From Octopus bimaculoides (taxonomy: Eukaryota): 44,763 nucleotides of DNA. A program made the translations under genes and the position numbers. Shown one piece after another: positions 1 through 12,864 of this stretch. The notes below the pieces were generated by a model that had not been told where the DNA came from, made no database searches, and saw nothing but the letters and a program-made list of their open reading frames with translations. The number at the start of each line of letters is the position of its first letter. Position 1 is the stretch's first letter. The stretch is from contig NC_068984.1 in assembly GCF_001194135.2 (NCBI RefSeq), positions 89,265,953 to 89,310,715 on the forward strand, written 5' to 3'.

Positions 1-228
1 ATAAAAGACACCATTTCGAGCGTGGCCGTTTTCGTGCGGGTGACACGTAAAAGCACCCACTACACTCTCTGAGTGGTTGGCGTTAGGAAGGGCATCCAGC
101 TGTAGAAACTCTGCCAAATCAGACTGGAGCCTGGTGTTGCCATCCGGTTTCACCAGTCCTCAGTCAAATCGTCCAACCCATGCTAGCATGGAAAGCGGAC
201 GTTAAACGATGATGATGATGATGATGAT
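1..228 (+). mobile_element. RTE-clade LINE 3' UTR/tail with (GAT)n end
   Basis: Nearly identical to 35048-35291, which directly follows an RTE ORF2 C-terminus. Confidence 0.85.
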
Positions 229-244
229 ATATATATATATATAT

Positions 245-455
245 GTATGTATGTATTTGTGTATCTGTGTTTGTCCCCCACCATTGCTTGACAACCAATG
301 ATGGTGTGTTTACATCCCTGTAACTTAGTGGTTCGGCAACAGAGACTTATAGAATAAGTACTAGGCTTATAAAGAATAAATCCTGGGGTCGATTTGTTCA
401 ACTAAAGGCAGTGCTCCAGGGCGGTCACAGTCAAATGACTAAAACAAGTAAAAGA
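245..455 (+). mobile_element. SINE 3' half
   Basis: Matches the 3' half of the SINE copies at 2263, 4521, 22165 and 22997. Confidence 0.8.
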
Positions 456-822
456 ATAATGTTGATAACAATTATGTATGTGTGTGTGTATTTACATCAC
501 ATTGTATCACATATATTATACGGTTTGCTAGGCCAGTAGACCAATCCAAAAATCCAGAAAGCTATATTAAAATACAAAGTATGTTAGTTTACTCTGATTA
601 GAAAATGAATTTAAAATTTCAAGCAAAGTTCTTCAGTTCTTCAATGGAGAACTGTGATTATAAACTAACACAGTAAATGTTTTGCTTTTACAGTATTGTG
701 ATATGTGGCAATTAATCTAAATGAACCAAGTTTATATCTACTCCATAAAAACAGTTGAAACCTCCCTACCTTTGGATTTTGTTTCTTTTCATGTTTCTGA
801 AGTTTATTTTATCTATCTTATT

Positions 823-1465
823 ATTCTTTTATTTTATTCTTTTATTTGTTTCAGTCATTTGACTGTAGCCATGCTGGAGTACCGCCTTTAGTCGAACAAA
901 TCAACCCCAGAACTTATTCTTTGTAAGCCTAGTACTTATTCTATCGGTCTCTTTGCCAAACTGCTAAGTTACAGGGACATAAACACACCAGCATCAGTTG
1001 TCAAGCGATGNNNNNNNNNNNNNNNNNNNNNNNNNNNNNNNNNNNNNNNNNNNNNNNNNNNNNNNNNNNNNNNNNNNNNNNNNNNNNNNNNNNNNNNNNN
1101 NNNNNNNNNNNNNNNNNNNNNNNNNNNNNNNNNNNNNNNNNNNNNNNNNNNNNNNNNNNNNNNNNNNNNNNNNNNNNNNNNNNNNNNNNNNNNNNNNNNN
1201 NNNNNNNNNNNNNNNNNNNNNNNNNNNNNNNNNNNNNNNNNNNNNNNNNNNNGGGGGGGGGGTCCAAAAACAGATACAAAAAAAACACACACACACACAT
1301 ACACGACGGAATTCTTTCAGTTTCCATCTAAATCCATTCACAAGGCTTTGGTTGGCCCGAGGCTATAGTAGAAGACACTTGCCCAAGGTGCCACGCAGTG
1401 GGACTGAACCCGGAACCATGTGGTTGGTAAGCAAGCTACTTACCACACAGCCACACCTGCGCCTA
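823..1465 (-). mobile_element. tRNA-derived SINE spanning an assembly gap
   Basis: Reverse complement of the SINE head (1314-1465) and tail (823-1010) on either side of the N run. Confidence 0.8.
1011..1251. other. Assembly gap (N run)
   Basis: Run of N. Confidence 1.
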
Positions 1466-1489
1466 TAATCAATATTCTCCTGTGTGAAG

Positions 1490-1801
1490 ATGCATGACTC
1501 AGTGGTCACAGCGTCAGGCTCACAATCATGATGTAAAGAGTTTGATTCTTGGACCAGGCTGTGTGTTGTGTTATTGGGCAAAACACTTTATTTCATGTTG
1601 CTCCAGTTCACTCAGCTATTGAAATGAGTCGCAATGTCACTGGTGCCAAGCTGTATTAGCTTTTGCCTTTCTCCTGAATAACATTGGTGGCGTGAAGAGG
1701 GGAGGCTGATATGCATGGGTGACTGCTGGTCTTCTATAAACAACCCTGTCCGGACTTGTGCCTCAGAGATTGACTTTTTAGGTACGATCCCATGGTCATT
1801 C
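1490..1801 (+). mobile_element. Older tRNA-derived SINE of a second family
   Basis: A/B-box-like head (tgactcagtggt...gagtttgattc) and a core shared with 43375-43600 (caaaac.ctt.atttcatgttgctc). Confidence 0.55.
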
Positions 1802-1866
1802 TTGGGGTCCTGTATTTATTGCCATTTCTTCCATCTTTTAGCCTTCATTTTAATATAATTGAATCC

Positions 1867-1903
<37 letters not shown>

Positions 1904-2262
1904 ATCAATTCTAGACTGCATTCAAAATAAATTCCTTCATCATTTGACATTCCCCAAAACATCCATCAGTGCCTCTATTCCATTTATTCTCTCTGATTCA
2001 TTGCTTGTCTTCTTTACTCACTGATCTTCTGTTGATTCACCAAACCATTCTCATTTCTATTCTTTCCAGCTTTCTCTGATATTTCATGTTTGTTTCCCAT
2101 GACTCATAGCACTTCTCACACATGTAGCATACACCATTCCCATAAGATTCACTAACGCTCCCCTCCAAATTAGGCACACCACACAGTTCCAAGAATTTCT
2201 TCTACAACCATCTTTCTCTACTTACCAACCAATTGTAAATACTCTTTTATAGTCTTTTTAAG

Positions 2263-2640
2263 TAGGCGCAGGAGTGGCTGTGTGGTAAAGTAGCTTGCTT
2301 ACCAACCACATGGTTCTGGGTTCAGTCCCACTGCGTGGCACCTTGGGCAAGTGTCTTCTACTATAGCCTCGGGCCGACCAAAGCCTTGTGAGTGGATTTG
2401 GTAGACGGAAACTGAAAGAAGCCCGTCGTATATATGTGTGTGTGTTTGTCCCCCCAACTTCACTTGACAACCGAGGCTGGTGTGTTTACATCCCCGTAAC
2501 TTAGTGGTTTGGCAAAAAGAGACCGATAGAATAAGTACTAGGCCTACAAAGAATAAGTCCTGGGGTCGATCTCCTCAACTAAAAGGTGGTGCCCCAGCAT
2601 GACCGCAGTCAAATGACTGAAACAAGTAAAAGAGAGAGAG
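2263..2640 (+). mobile_element. Full-length tRNA-derived SINE (probably the OR1/OR2-type octopus family)
   Basis: A box (ggctgtgtggtaa) and B box (ggttcagtccc), internal microsatellite, (aaaagag) tail; several near-identical copies in the window. Confidence 0.85.
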
Positions 2641-3299
2641 AGTCCAAGAAACTGAAATATTGTAGATAATCCACACCAGCAGTAGTTGCAGAACACTATG
2701 TTATACACAATGTTAGGGGTCTGAAAGACCAGTTTAGGCCCCCAAATCACAATGTATATCTTTCATGAGCTTTTAAGGGCTTTCAATTCAGATAGCAATG
2801 GTTCTGCAGATTATCTGTTACTCTATAAATTTCAGCAGTTATGCTCTTAATATAAAAAAGGGAATAGTAATAGAAGCAATGAAAAAAATCACAAACTATA
2901 GTTTATGTCATGAGTAGAAAAAGTGAAGAATTTTGTAAAGTAGTACAACTCAAATGAAAATGGAATATCAAGAACAGTATTAATTTTGTTAATTGTGTAT
3001 CAGAAATTCTGAAATCCCCAAACTTTCAAAACCTAAACATTTTCAAGAGAGAGAATCAAGAGAAATGAAAAATTTCCTAAAGAACTCAGAAAAGTTTCCA
3101 AAACGTTGGGGGTATTATATGTGAATATAAAATGGGAAAGGAAAAGTGATATATAGCTGCTTTATGTGGTTAACAAGCTGAAATGAAAGTGTAAAAGTAG
3201 ATTTGCTTTCGTGAAAAGTGAAGCAGTCCCAAAATAAAGCTACTATATGTCATGTAAAACTAAATAGTGCCAAATTAATATAATTTTATTTTCATAACA

Positions 3300-3465
3300 T
3301 ACCGTATTTTAACATGTATTAAAAAAACCCACTAATTTTGGGGGCTTAAATTTGGAAGAAAGGTTTTGTAAGGGATTATAATACTATCCATGTATAAGAA
3401 ACTCCCATATTTTTTTAACCTAATTTTTGACAAAAAGGGTTCCTTATACACGTTAGAATATGGCA
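3300..3465. mobile_element. Small MITE (Tc1/mariner-pogo type)
   Basis: Imperfect TIRs taccgtattttaacatgtat / atacacgttagaatatggca with TA-rich flanks. Confidence 0.5.
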
Positions 3466-4520
3466 TATATAAGCTGTAGTATGAAACGTCAATAGGGAAC
3501 ATGCATAAAATTGGGTGGGTCCCATCTCTTAAGCTGCCATATCATACTGAAAAAAAATAAACAATCATTCTGAAATTTTAAATACTTTTAGTTCCAATAA
3601 TTTCAGATCACAGGTTATCAACTGTATGCTCATTACCATATTTACAGATTATAGTAAACTGTCACAGGGTAAAAATAATTTTAAATATCAGAAAATTTCT
3701 TACACACCATAGTTTTAACATGAAATAAGCCATTATTTTCACCTTTAAAATGTTAGAAATACTTCTGATAAAAATGTAATACATCCAAGTGTTTAAAAAA
3801 GATGATGATGATGATGACGACAATGATGATAATGTTGGTAAGTGTTACTTGTAAAAAAGCAAGTAATTAAAACAACAAGTGTCACATTCATAAAATTATG
3901 CCAATGAGTACTGAATCTGATATGAGATAATATTGAAATAAAATAGAATCATGCTTCAAAGTACTAATAGAGCAAGAATTCAGTAAAATTACTCATAATA
4001 AAATTAATAATAGATCTACAGTTTTATTTTCTACAAAATCTGCAAAGAACTGTCCACCTTCATGATATAATGATAGAAACAAATTGGATTCTGGGAAATT
4101 GAGAGGACAAAGAGCAGAAAATGTATTGTTATTCAAAACTGAAATTTAAAAAGGTTTCACTTTCCTAGAACCAGTAGATTAAAACAAGTCTTATATTTAG
4201 TTCACAATACCATATCCAACCCCATTGTAACACAAATGTATATTTTAATTAGGTGACAATAATGGTAACTTTACCTTTGCAAAAGACTGGTTCACAATGT
4301 TATAAAGCACCAACATACAATACTAAAATAAATTTTCAAAAGTATATTCCTAAATAATATAGAAAAGCAAATCACAAGACTGTTATGACAACTTAAGTAG
4401 CTAAATAGGTAAATACTGCAATAGACTATTTCCAGCAATAATTTGCAAAATTGATACATTAAACATAAGTAAAGAAACAAATTTAAAAAGTTGTTAGTAA
4501 ATTATGTGCAACCCCACTCA

Positions 4521-4910
4521 TAGGTGCAGAAGTGGCTGTGTGGTAAGTAGTTTGCTTACCAACCACATGGTTCCGGGCTCAGTTCCACTGCGTGGCACCT
4601 TGGGCAAGTGTCTTCTACTATAGCCTCGGGACAACCAAAGCCTTGTGAGTAGATTTGGTAGACGGAAACTGAAAGAAGCCCATTGTATATATATGTATAT
4701 GTATGTGCTTGTGTATCTGTGTTTATACCCCCAACATCACTTGACAACCGATGCTGGTATGTTTATGTCCCCGTAACTTAGCGGTTCAGCAACAGAGGCT
4801 GAAGAATAAGTACTAGGCTTACAAAGAATAAGTCCTGGGGTTGATTTCTTTGACTAAAGGCAGTCCTACAGCATGGCCTCAGTCAAATAACTGAAATGAA
4901 TAAAAGAAAA
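4521..4910 (+). mobile_element. Full-length tRNA-derived SINE
   Basis: Same family as 2263-2640. Confidence 0.85.
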
Positions 4911-5550
4911 AAACCACACAAACTATAATGCCTCAGAGCTGTTAATACCTTAGTAGTCCATCTATTTCTATTCCATATAATTGTTCAGCAAAATAATGTA
5001 AGTGGCATTCTACCAAGTAGCAAGTATCTTGCATTGAAACCCAAAAATCCAATACCGGATTACAAAATCATTGATACTTTTGAACATCAAGTATGGAAAT
5101 TAAGTTTCAACACATTCCAAACATTAAGAATGCCACTTCAGTTTCATCTGTACTCAGATATATGAAGTCAGCCCTTATGTTATTCAACAAACAAAGTGTA
5201 AAGAAAAGTTAAGAAAACATGAATAGAAACACAATAAAGAAATTGCAAGGATTTCAACTGGATATATAAAGCAGCTATTGTTTATACTATTAAACATTTT
5301 ACAATCCATTTTGTGAACACAGAATTGTTTCAAAATATCTTCCATTTATTATTCACTTCATTCTTGAAGCTTATTGATTTTCACTTGCAGTAACATTAGT
5401 GTTAGAAATAATTGATATATTGCTAATAATAAACCAAATACCAGTCTTGCTTTAGCTTCTACCTATTAAAGATAATAATAGAATAACTGTTTCTTACATT
5501 TTAGAGTTTTAACTTAGAACTATAAGGTACCACATATGCGTGATTCTGTG

Positions 5551-5995
5551 GGATAAGTGCAGGTAAAGCCGTGTGATAAGAAGTTTGCTTCCCAACCACA
5601 TTGTTCCAGATTCAGTCCCACTGCTTTACTCCTTCAGCTAGTGTCTTGTACTATAGCTCTGAGCCAACCAAAACACTGCGAGTGAATTTGGTATACAAAA
5701 ACTGAAAGAAGCTTTTCATATATATGTAATACATGTATATGTATGTGTGAGTGTGTGTTTGTGTCTCCTTGTCTTGACATCAGCTGATAACTGAAATGAT
5801 TATTACTGCTATGTAAGTAATGTCATTCATTTCCAATATTCTGCGAGAACATGTCTGGCCATGGAGAAATATTAAATTACTTGGAAACGGATGAGGGTTG
5901 GTGACAGGATGGGCATCCAGCTGTAGAAAATCTGCCTTGAATAAATTTTGTCTGACCCATGCAAGCATGGAAAAGTGTACATTAAAGGATGATAA
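5551..5995 (+). mobile_element. SINE with the same tRNA-like head but an RTE-like (GAT) tail
   Basis: Head aligns to 2263; the 3' part has gggcatccagctgtagaaa...gcaagcatggaaaagt; similar copies at 6090-6530 (+) and 24590-24920 (-). Confidence 0.65.
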
Positions 5996-6557
5996 TATTT
6001 TATATATATAAATTAGATTAACACACTGCCTACAGTACTACAGTAGCAGTTATGCACTTGCATGCCACCTTGAGCAAGTGTATAGATATAAGGAAGGCTG
6101 TGGTTAAGAAGTTCTCTCACAAAGACATAGTTTCAGGTTCAGTCCCATTTCATGGCACCCTGAGTAAGTGCTTTTTACTATAGTTTCAGGCTAAACTAAG
6201 CCTTGTGAATGGATTAGGTTGATGGAAACTGAAAGAAGCCTGCTATATATATGTATATGAAAATATGAGGGTGTCTACTTGTCTCCCTTCATTTTCACAT
6301 TGCATAATGTCAAGACAAGGTAGTTTTGAACATCATACAAGCATTGTTTTTCATTTGCAATCACTTTCAAAAACATATCTGGCCACTGTACTGCTTGTGT
6401 CCAAAGGACTAAGGAAAATATTACCTTGCTTGGAAATAGGTGTGGGTTGGTAACAGAAACAAATCTGAAAAATACCTTCCTCAACCAATTTCATTTGACC
6501 CATGCAAGCACAGAAAAGTGGCTATAATGATATCATATGTGTGTGTGTGTGTGTGTA

Positions 6558-7372
6558 CAGGGTGTGATGGGTAAATTGTCACCATTTTATATTTTTAATT
6601 TCGCACATGTGCATTGTTTGTTTTTGATTTTGTATATAGTATAGAGTAGGGTCAGTTGGGCACCGTCTGTGAGAAAAAAGCTTCATGATGCAATTCCCTC
6701 AGCCAGAAATTTGGAAACAACATGCTGTACTGTTTGGCATTCACGCCGGAAGCTCCAATACCAACAGATGGTGAACACACAGAACAACCGTTGGATTACT
6801 GTGTCCCTAAAACATGTAGCGAGAGTGATAAAAATCAAACATCCAGTCAACATCATGGTGTTTGGTGTGATCACTAGTGATGGCGACATTATGCCTCCAG
6901 TCATCTCCCATATGGCCTCACACTTAATACAGAGGCCTACATCAAGTGTCTGAAGGAGATAGTGCTGCCTTGGGTCAAGAGGGTGGCTGCTGGAAGACTC
7001 TATATCTGGCAACAGGACTCTGCACCATGCGACACAAGCAGGAGAACCCAGTCATGACTGTTAATTTCCGAAACCACATCACCCCTAACATCTGCCCACC
7101 TAACTCACCAGACTGCAACCCCCTTGATTATTATGTGTTGAGCACAGTTGAGTGAAAGACCAACAAAACTCTTTGAACTGAAGGCAAGGACTATGGCAGC
7201 ATTGACCAATTTAAACAAGGAGAGAGTCCAGAAGAGTTGCAGGAGGTTCCGAAGTTGAAGCCAATGACGATTTTATTGAATAAATTGTCTCTTTAGTATT
7301 TCAAGATATTTTTATGTAATTTTGATAAATATATCTGTTAAAATGAGATGTCAGTGTTATTTTCCTCCTCAC
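6558..7372 (+). mobile_element. Tc1/mariner transposon remnant, maT (DD37D)-like
   Basis: TA|CAGGGTG end. Frameshifted transposase: KHPVNIMVFGVITSDGDIMPP, LKEIVLPWVKRVAAGRLYIWQQDSAPC, PPNSPDCNPLDYYV. Confidence 0.85.
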
Positions 7373-7919
7373 ATTTCCTCTTTTTCATGCACTATGCTTC
7401 TACTTATCTCTTGCTCCCTGATTCTTTCCTCAATACCCTGCTCCCTATATCATTGCTATCCTGTTGTTCCCCACCACAGCTATATACCAAGGTTTCATTA
7501 GTCACTGTATTCGCCATCCCCACACTCTTTGCATTCATGTGAAGTCTCTACTCCTTACTCATGCACCTTTGACAATACCCTACCATTTATATTCTGAACC
7601 CCATACCTTGAGGGTATGCCCTGGCACTTTGCCACCATCTCTCTCTCTCTCTCTGACTGGGTAACTATGTATATCCTCTACAGCAACACACACGTTTCTG
7701 TCTTTCTGGCACAAGTCCAATGCCTCTTACTCTCTCAAGGGATCTTTGTTTTGCATGTTACTTGGTGACCCTGTCAGTGCAAGTGTCATGTAAAAAGCAT
7801 CCAGTTAACACTGTAAAGTAGTTGGTGTTTAGAAGAGCATTCAACTGTAAAGACTATGCCAAAACTGACCTTGCCTGTGCTGGTGCCACATAAAAGCTGT
7901 CAGCCCATTCTGCAGGGCA

Positions 7920-8270
7920 GTTGAGAAGACTGAAAAGAAATGAAGAAAGCATGCTCCATTGGACAGTTAATGTACATGAGCATGAACATGTACAAATGTG
8001 CTAAGAGAAAAACTGGTCATAAGAAGAATCAGATGTAGTGCAAGAAAGGAAGCCACTCTGATATTGATATGTGGTGTGTATGAAAAAGGACAGCAGTATA
8101 AAGAAGTGTGTATTGCTAGATGCAGATGAAGTTTGCAGAAGATGGAAACCTGGGAAGACTTGAGACAAAGTGATAAAGACTGATCTCAGGACCTTGAACC
8201 TCATGAAGGTGATGACAAAGGACCAGAATGACTGAATGTGTGGTTCTGAAGAAAACCTGCCCACCTCAGT
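7920..8270 (+). mobile_element. Degenerate RTE ORF2 C-terminal fragment
   Basis: Stop-riddled similarity to the RTE C-terminus at 34731 (KKC...GKT*DKVIKTDLRTLNL..MTKD). Confidence 0.55.
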
Positions 8271-10769
8271 AAAATTGAGTTCTGATAGAGCTGTCTGTGT
8301 GTGTGTTTATGCACAACTGGGACCATTACCCAATTTCCTTCCTCTTCAAGACACTCCATCACCTCCCTAACAGCAGTTCTTCTTTAATACCACTTATTTT
8401 TCTTACAACCCAGAACCATTTCACTTGTTATCCATCCTTCATCCATTAACATTCTCTCCACCAGCACTTTCCTTGCTCATCCACCATACGTCTCACCCAC
8501 CTCATATACTACACCTGCCTCTCTCTTCTCTACCCACTCCTGCAATTGACCCAAATTATGTCATCTTCCTTTCATCCTTCTATTTTCTGCATCATCATTA
8601 CTGTTCTGCTGGTCTGCACAGATATCTCCATCTCCCCCAACTCACCCTCGGTCCCGCTTCTTCACTTATTCCTACCAACCTTGTACTTTGAAAGTCCACA
8701 CTAACACCTCCACTTGATCATTCCCAACCTCTCTTCTAAAATGTGAGTAGTCATGTAGTTGCTCTACAGCAAGAGACCTGTTCTGTTCTGGTCATTTTCT
8801 TCCTTATTTTACCCCTTTTTACTCCTCATCTCCCAAGGGTTTATAGTCTTGTAAGCTGCATGGCAAACTCACTACTGCTGATGTCATGAAAAAAGCACCC
8901 AGTACATGCTGTAAAGTGGTTGTTGTTAGAATAAAAAGTTTACCAAAGCAGACAATGGATCCCTTCAGATCTGGCCAAAATCATCCAATCCATGCCAGCA
9001 TGGAACATAGACATTAAATGATGATAATGATGATATAGGGAAGATGTACAAATTTGTTAAGCAAATTTCTTTTTAGACATAAAAGCTTTTGTCATTAATT
9101 GTCAATACCTACTTCAAGATGAACTTAATTAACTAAGCTCATCTAATTTCTTTTATTATATACTATTATATTTTTAAAACTAACTTATCACAGTAGCTAC
9201 ACTCAGCTAATATGTGGTTAAGAGTGAGATGATATAAGAAGGAAGCATATTTTTGTAAAATAAATGAAAATCTGCACTATTCTGCTTGTCATCAGGCTCT
9301 TGCATTCGAGGTGGGCCAGAGATTTTGAGAAAACCTCTCTCAGTGACTGCAAAGGAGGCCTTTTTGATAAAAAAAAAAGTATCTTTTATAAATCTTTCTA
9401 AGATTTTACTCTCTTCTTTTACTTACCACATTTATATACACACAAAACAGACATAAATCATGCGTATTTAGCCCTGATTACTAAAGCATTTGATGAGTAG
9501 TTTGAAACGGAGCAGTTTGAAATTGGACTTATTACCATCTTTGCACGAGCCTTATTGTCACACAGACATGCATTCAAGTGTTACGCATTTAATTGCTTTA
9601 ACTATGGAACAAAATCGAAAATATTGAAATTTAACACCATGAAACAATGTTAGGAAGGCCTATAAATTTATGCATCAAAATAGAATATTTATAAAATGTT
9701 GGATTTCCATGCGTCTCGGCAGTAATAATTTAAGATTTTTTTTTTTTTTTTCACAAAGATTAATTTTTAATTAAGTTATGGTTAGGGTTAGGGTGAACAG
9801 TTCGTTGGATGGCGTGGGATGTTTTTAGTGGAGTAGCCGAGGTCAAATCGTTCCATATTTATGAGAGACCCGTGGTTTCCGTAAATATGTACAAGAGCGA
9901 CCTACTGGTTAGATATTCAACATCCAGTATGTGTTATACATACATACATACATATGTGTGTGTTATATCAGCAAAATATTGATTTCAGATTGTTGAGATA
10001 TTTTGCTCTTATCAATAGACTATAATTAAAGTTTATCAGTACTAAAATAATATAAAAATTATCTGTAAATCGTAAACTACAAAGAATATAAACAATGCCT
10101 TTACGAGTTATAGTGGGTGGAATGTATATTTAAAAACAATGCCTTTACAAATTATAGTTAATGTAAATTTAGTTTCGTAGTTATCAAAACGAATGCAGAT
10201 TACAATTCCAATGTCCGTCGAGTACCAATAATCTCACAAAAAGTTTGAAAAAAAATAATCAATCATCGAAATATATTAGATTAAAAATATCAATTCAGGA
10301 ACCCACTGACAACATCTAGTATTTTTTTGAAAATCGAGATGATTACAAATAATTATTAGCTAGCTAACTTTCATTCTAGAAAGCAGACATCTCAGAATGC
10401 ACCCCAGTATACATGAATTGTGTTTAATAAATTTATATATACCAACCCGTGTTAAGAAAGCTGAGTTCCAAGACGTGCTAACATACCTCCCACGCCGGGG
10501 ATGATAATCGATAGCAGTAGAGAACAAATGAAGAAACGGTGTTTAAAGACAAAATCGCTTATATAGAATATATCCTCTCACACGAATTTTTTTCATAATG
10601 TTATAAATGTAACAGATTGATCTTAATCAATTCAGTTATCTAAACTGAATTTTATTTAACATAACGGTAGGGATGTTCTTAAGAAAGACTATAGTGCATT
10701 AATGAAATTACATTTTCCAAGGAAGAGTCTTTTGAAGTAGGATACAGTAACAGCATGATAAAGTGATGG

Positions 10770-10990
10770 TTTGTTGCCAACTTAATGTGGCAGTCCCAGG
10801 AAAGGGAAGAATGCTACTGCTATTTAGCCTCAGGAAACAACGTTTCCAGTTGGCTATGTGACACAAGCGTTCTATGTCCTTAAGTTTTCAAACAGGGGAG
10901 ATAAGCACCTCCATCCAGCAAAGCCAGCATCCAGAGACTAGTTTCAGAGTCATTGCTCTTCATCAGTCTGGAGTAGCTTGGCTTGCTAGC
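10770..10990 (-). mobile_element. Short hammerhead-bearing Penelope/retrozyme-like repeat
   Basis: Contains the hammerhead at 10930-10972; 10775-10882 is homologous to 41422-41525, which also adjoins a hammerhead. Confidence 0.7.
10930..10972 (-). ncRNA. Minimal type I hammerhead ribozyme
   Basis: Minus strand: UCCAGA-CUGAUGA-AGAG caauga CUCU-GAAA-CUAG-UC-UCUGGA. Stem I (6 bp) and stem II (4 bp) pair perfectly, stem III is palindromic (ACUAGU), and the cleavage triplet is GUC. Confidence 0.85.
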
Positions 10991-11129
10991 TGAATTTTTT
11001 ATTACAACCATAAAAGTCGTCAACACATAGATGGGACAGCACAGGACAACACATACAAAAAATGTTATGATGCGTTCGAATGATACCTATTATTTAAAAA
11101 TATTGATGATATAAAATAAATAGTCTTTT

Positions 11130-11765
11130 CCTTATGAGTAAGGGATATGCCCTGTTGCCTCAAAGGCCCAGCAGCTATCTCCTTCCTTTTATTTTCTCCT
11201 TTTTTCCAATGCCGATTAAGCAGAGTTCCTTGCACCCACCTTTCTTAACAGCTTTCCATCTTTCCTCAAACACACTTTTGTACAGGGTCCTTCTCTCTAG
11301 CTCTATCTTGCTCTTCAGATGATATTTGAAGTATTGTAGCAAACTAGGGCCAGAGATGAAGGACCCCGTCACGAATCCTTGCAATCTAATCTTCCACATA
11401 CATTCCTTCAGCATCGCAACTGTACAGGAAAAACATGCCTCACCTTCCTTCGAGAGTCTAGTTGGTGGTATAATCTTTATTATAGATTCAGCCGATAGCT
11501 GAACTCTTCCCAGATGCGACAACACGTGTTCGACGTAAATTATCAAGCCTGACAGCTCTCGACAATGTACAAAAGCGTGCTGGACGGTTTCGCCGTCCGG
11601 CCCACATCTTGGACATGTCGTTGGCACTGACATTCCGTGCCTGGATAACTTATCTTGAACAGGTAAAGCGTTCCCGTAACACTGCCTGGTGAGGGATTTT
11701 TGGTTATTATCCAAATACCCTAACCCGAAAGTTTTTTGTACTTTTTGTACTGTGTTCCTATCAAA
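11130..11765 (-). mobile_element. Tx1/L1-clade LINE ORF2 3' fragment
   Basis: Open frame with C-terminal zinc knuckle CPRCGPDGETVQHAFVHC and FKYHLKSKIELERR..FEERW. Confidence 0.8.
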
Positions 11766-12569
11766 TAATATTACAGCCTTCTGAATAGAATCATATTTAG
11801 ATGGCTCCACAACCATGATACAAACAGACAATCTAAATATGTATGTATGTATGCATACGTGCAGATTTGTATGTTTTGTTTTATGTATGTCTTTTCGTGC
11901 ATATACTTGCATATCTACAAAGTCACATATATACTTAAATGATAAACTTCTGGAAAGTTTTACAGATTTTTACAGTTCTATTGATCGGTTCGCGGTTTAG
12001 CCACTGCCAGGTAGCGTGTTTAATTTGTTTACTGAACATCGCCTCGAATTCCCCCTTGTTTTTCAAAAATCCCCCCTAAATCACAAAATGGTGGGGGGAT
12101 CTGCCCTGTTTTTCAAATCCTGGCAGCAACACTGTAGCTGGAAGCAGGACAATAATCTAATTCTACACTTTATCACATTCAAGAATATAAACACGTTTTT
12201 AAGTACAACACACGCGGAGTCAATAAGAAACACTGCCTTTCACCAGCACACAAGGGTCGGCACTGCGTGAACGACAGTGCTCTCTCTCCCTAGTGTGCAG
12301 CTTCCTATATCTGACATTTGAGCATGCACACAACAGCCAAACACCGCGTCGCTGGAACTGTGAAGCGCACAGTTCTATACAAGGATTTTTGCATTTCTTC
12401 ATAAACTAGGGGATGGCTACTGACATTAAGCTTAAGGATTATATAATGTACAAGTATAAAGAAATAATTAAAGAAAAAAAGGACTCATTATATTGAACGT
12501 TATCGATTATATCGAGTGGAAATAGGGGGTGCTGCAGTTCTGCAGTGCCTATACACGAGCCACCACTGA

Positions 12570-12864
12570 TTGGTTGTCACATTTTACTGCTTATCCTGCT
12601 TTCCTGCATCTCTGTCCCTTTTCTGCATCAGGTATTAGGTTGATATTATCTGTTCCTGGATTGCAAATGCATACCCTTCAAAGTGGGAGGTAGTAATCCG
12701 GTTGTTGGTCCACGATAGACTGCTTTGATGATCAATGTTACTATCATGCCGGTACTTTTTACCAACATATCCATTCATAGTCTTCTGCTCATACGCGCTC
12801 ATCCATTCATCTGATACGTTGTGGTAGAGTCGTGCAACTTCTTTGGGCATGTATTTGAGGTTAT
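12570..12864 (-). mobile_element. R4/Dong-clade non-LTR fragment (3' part)
   Basis: KTMNGY...SLSW...HFEGYAFAIQEQIIST; joins 14672-15185 in frame. Confidence 0.75.

Noticed and set aside
969-1468. ORFs spanning N runs (also 18178-18536)
   Set aside because: Artefacts of gaps and microsatellites
4275-4322. 48-nt minus-strand exon candidate (YCMLVLYNIVNQSFAK, ttttag / gtaaag)
   Set aside because: Open in only one phase, incompatible with neighbouring candidates, and no recognisable homology
9275-9330. CUGAUGA on the minus strand, or a box C/D-like motif
   Set aside because: No GAAA core, no closing stems and no matching D box
9779-9793. ggttagggttaggg telomere-like repeat
   Set aside because: Only about 2 units; probably part of a small DNA element or chance
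11766-11912. N-terminal part of the 245-aa ORF
   Set aside because: Read-through of a (TATG)n microsatellite; only the downstream Tx1 part is meaningful
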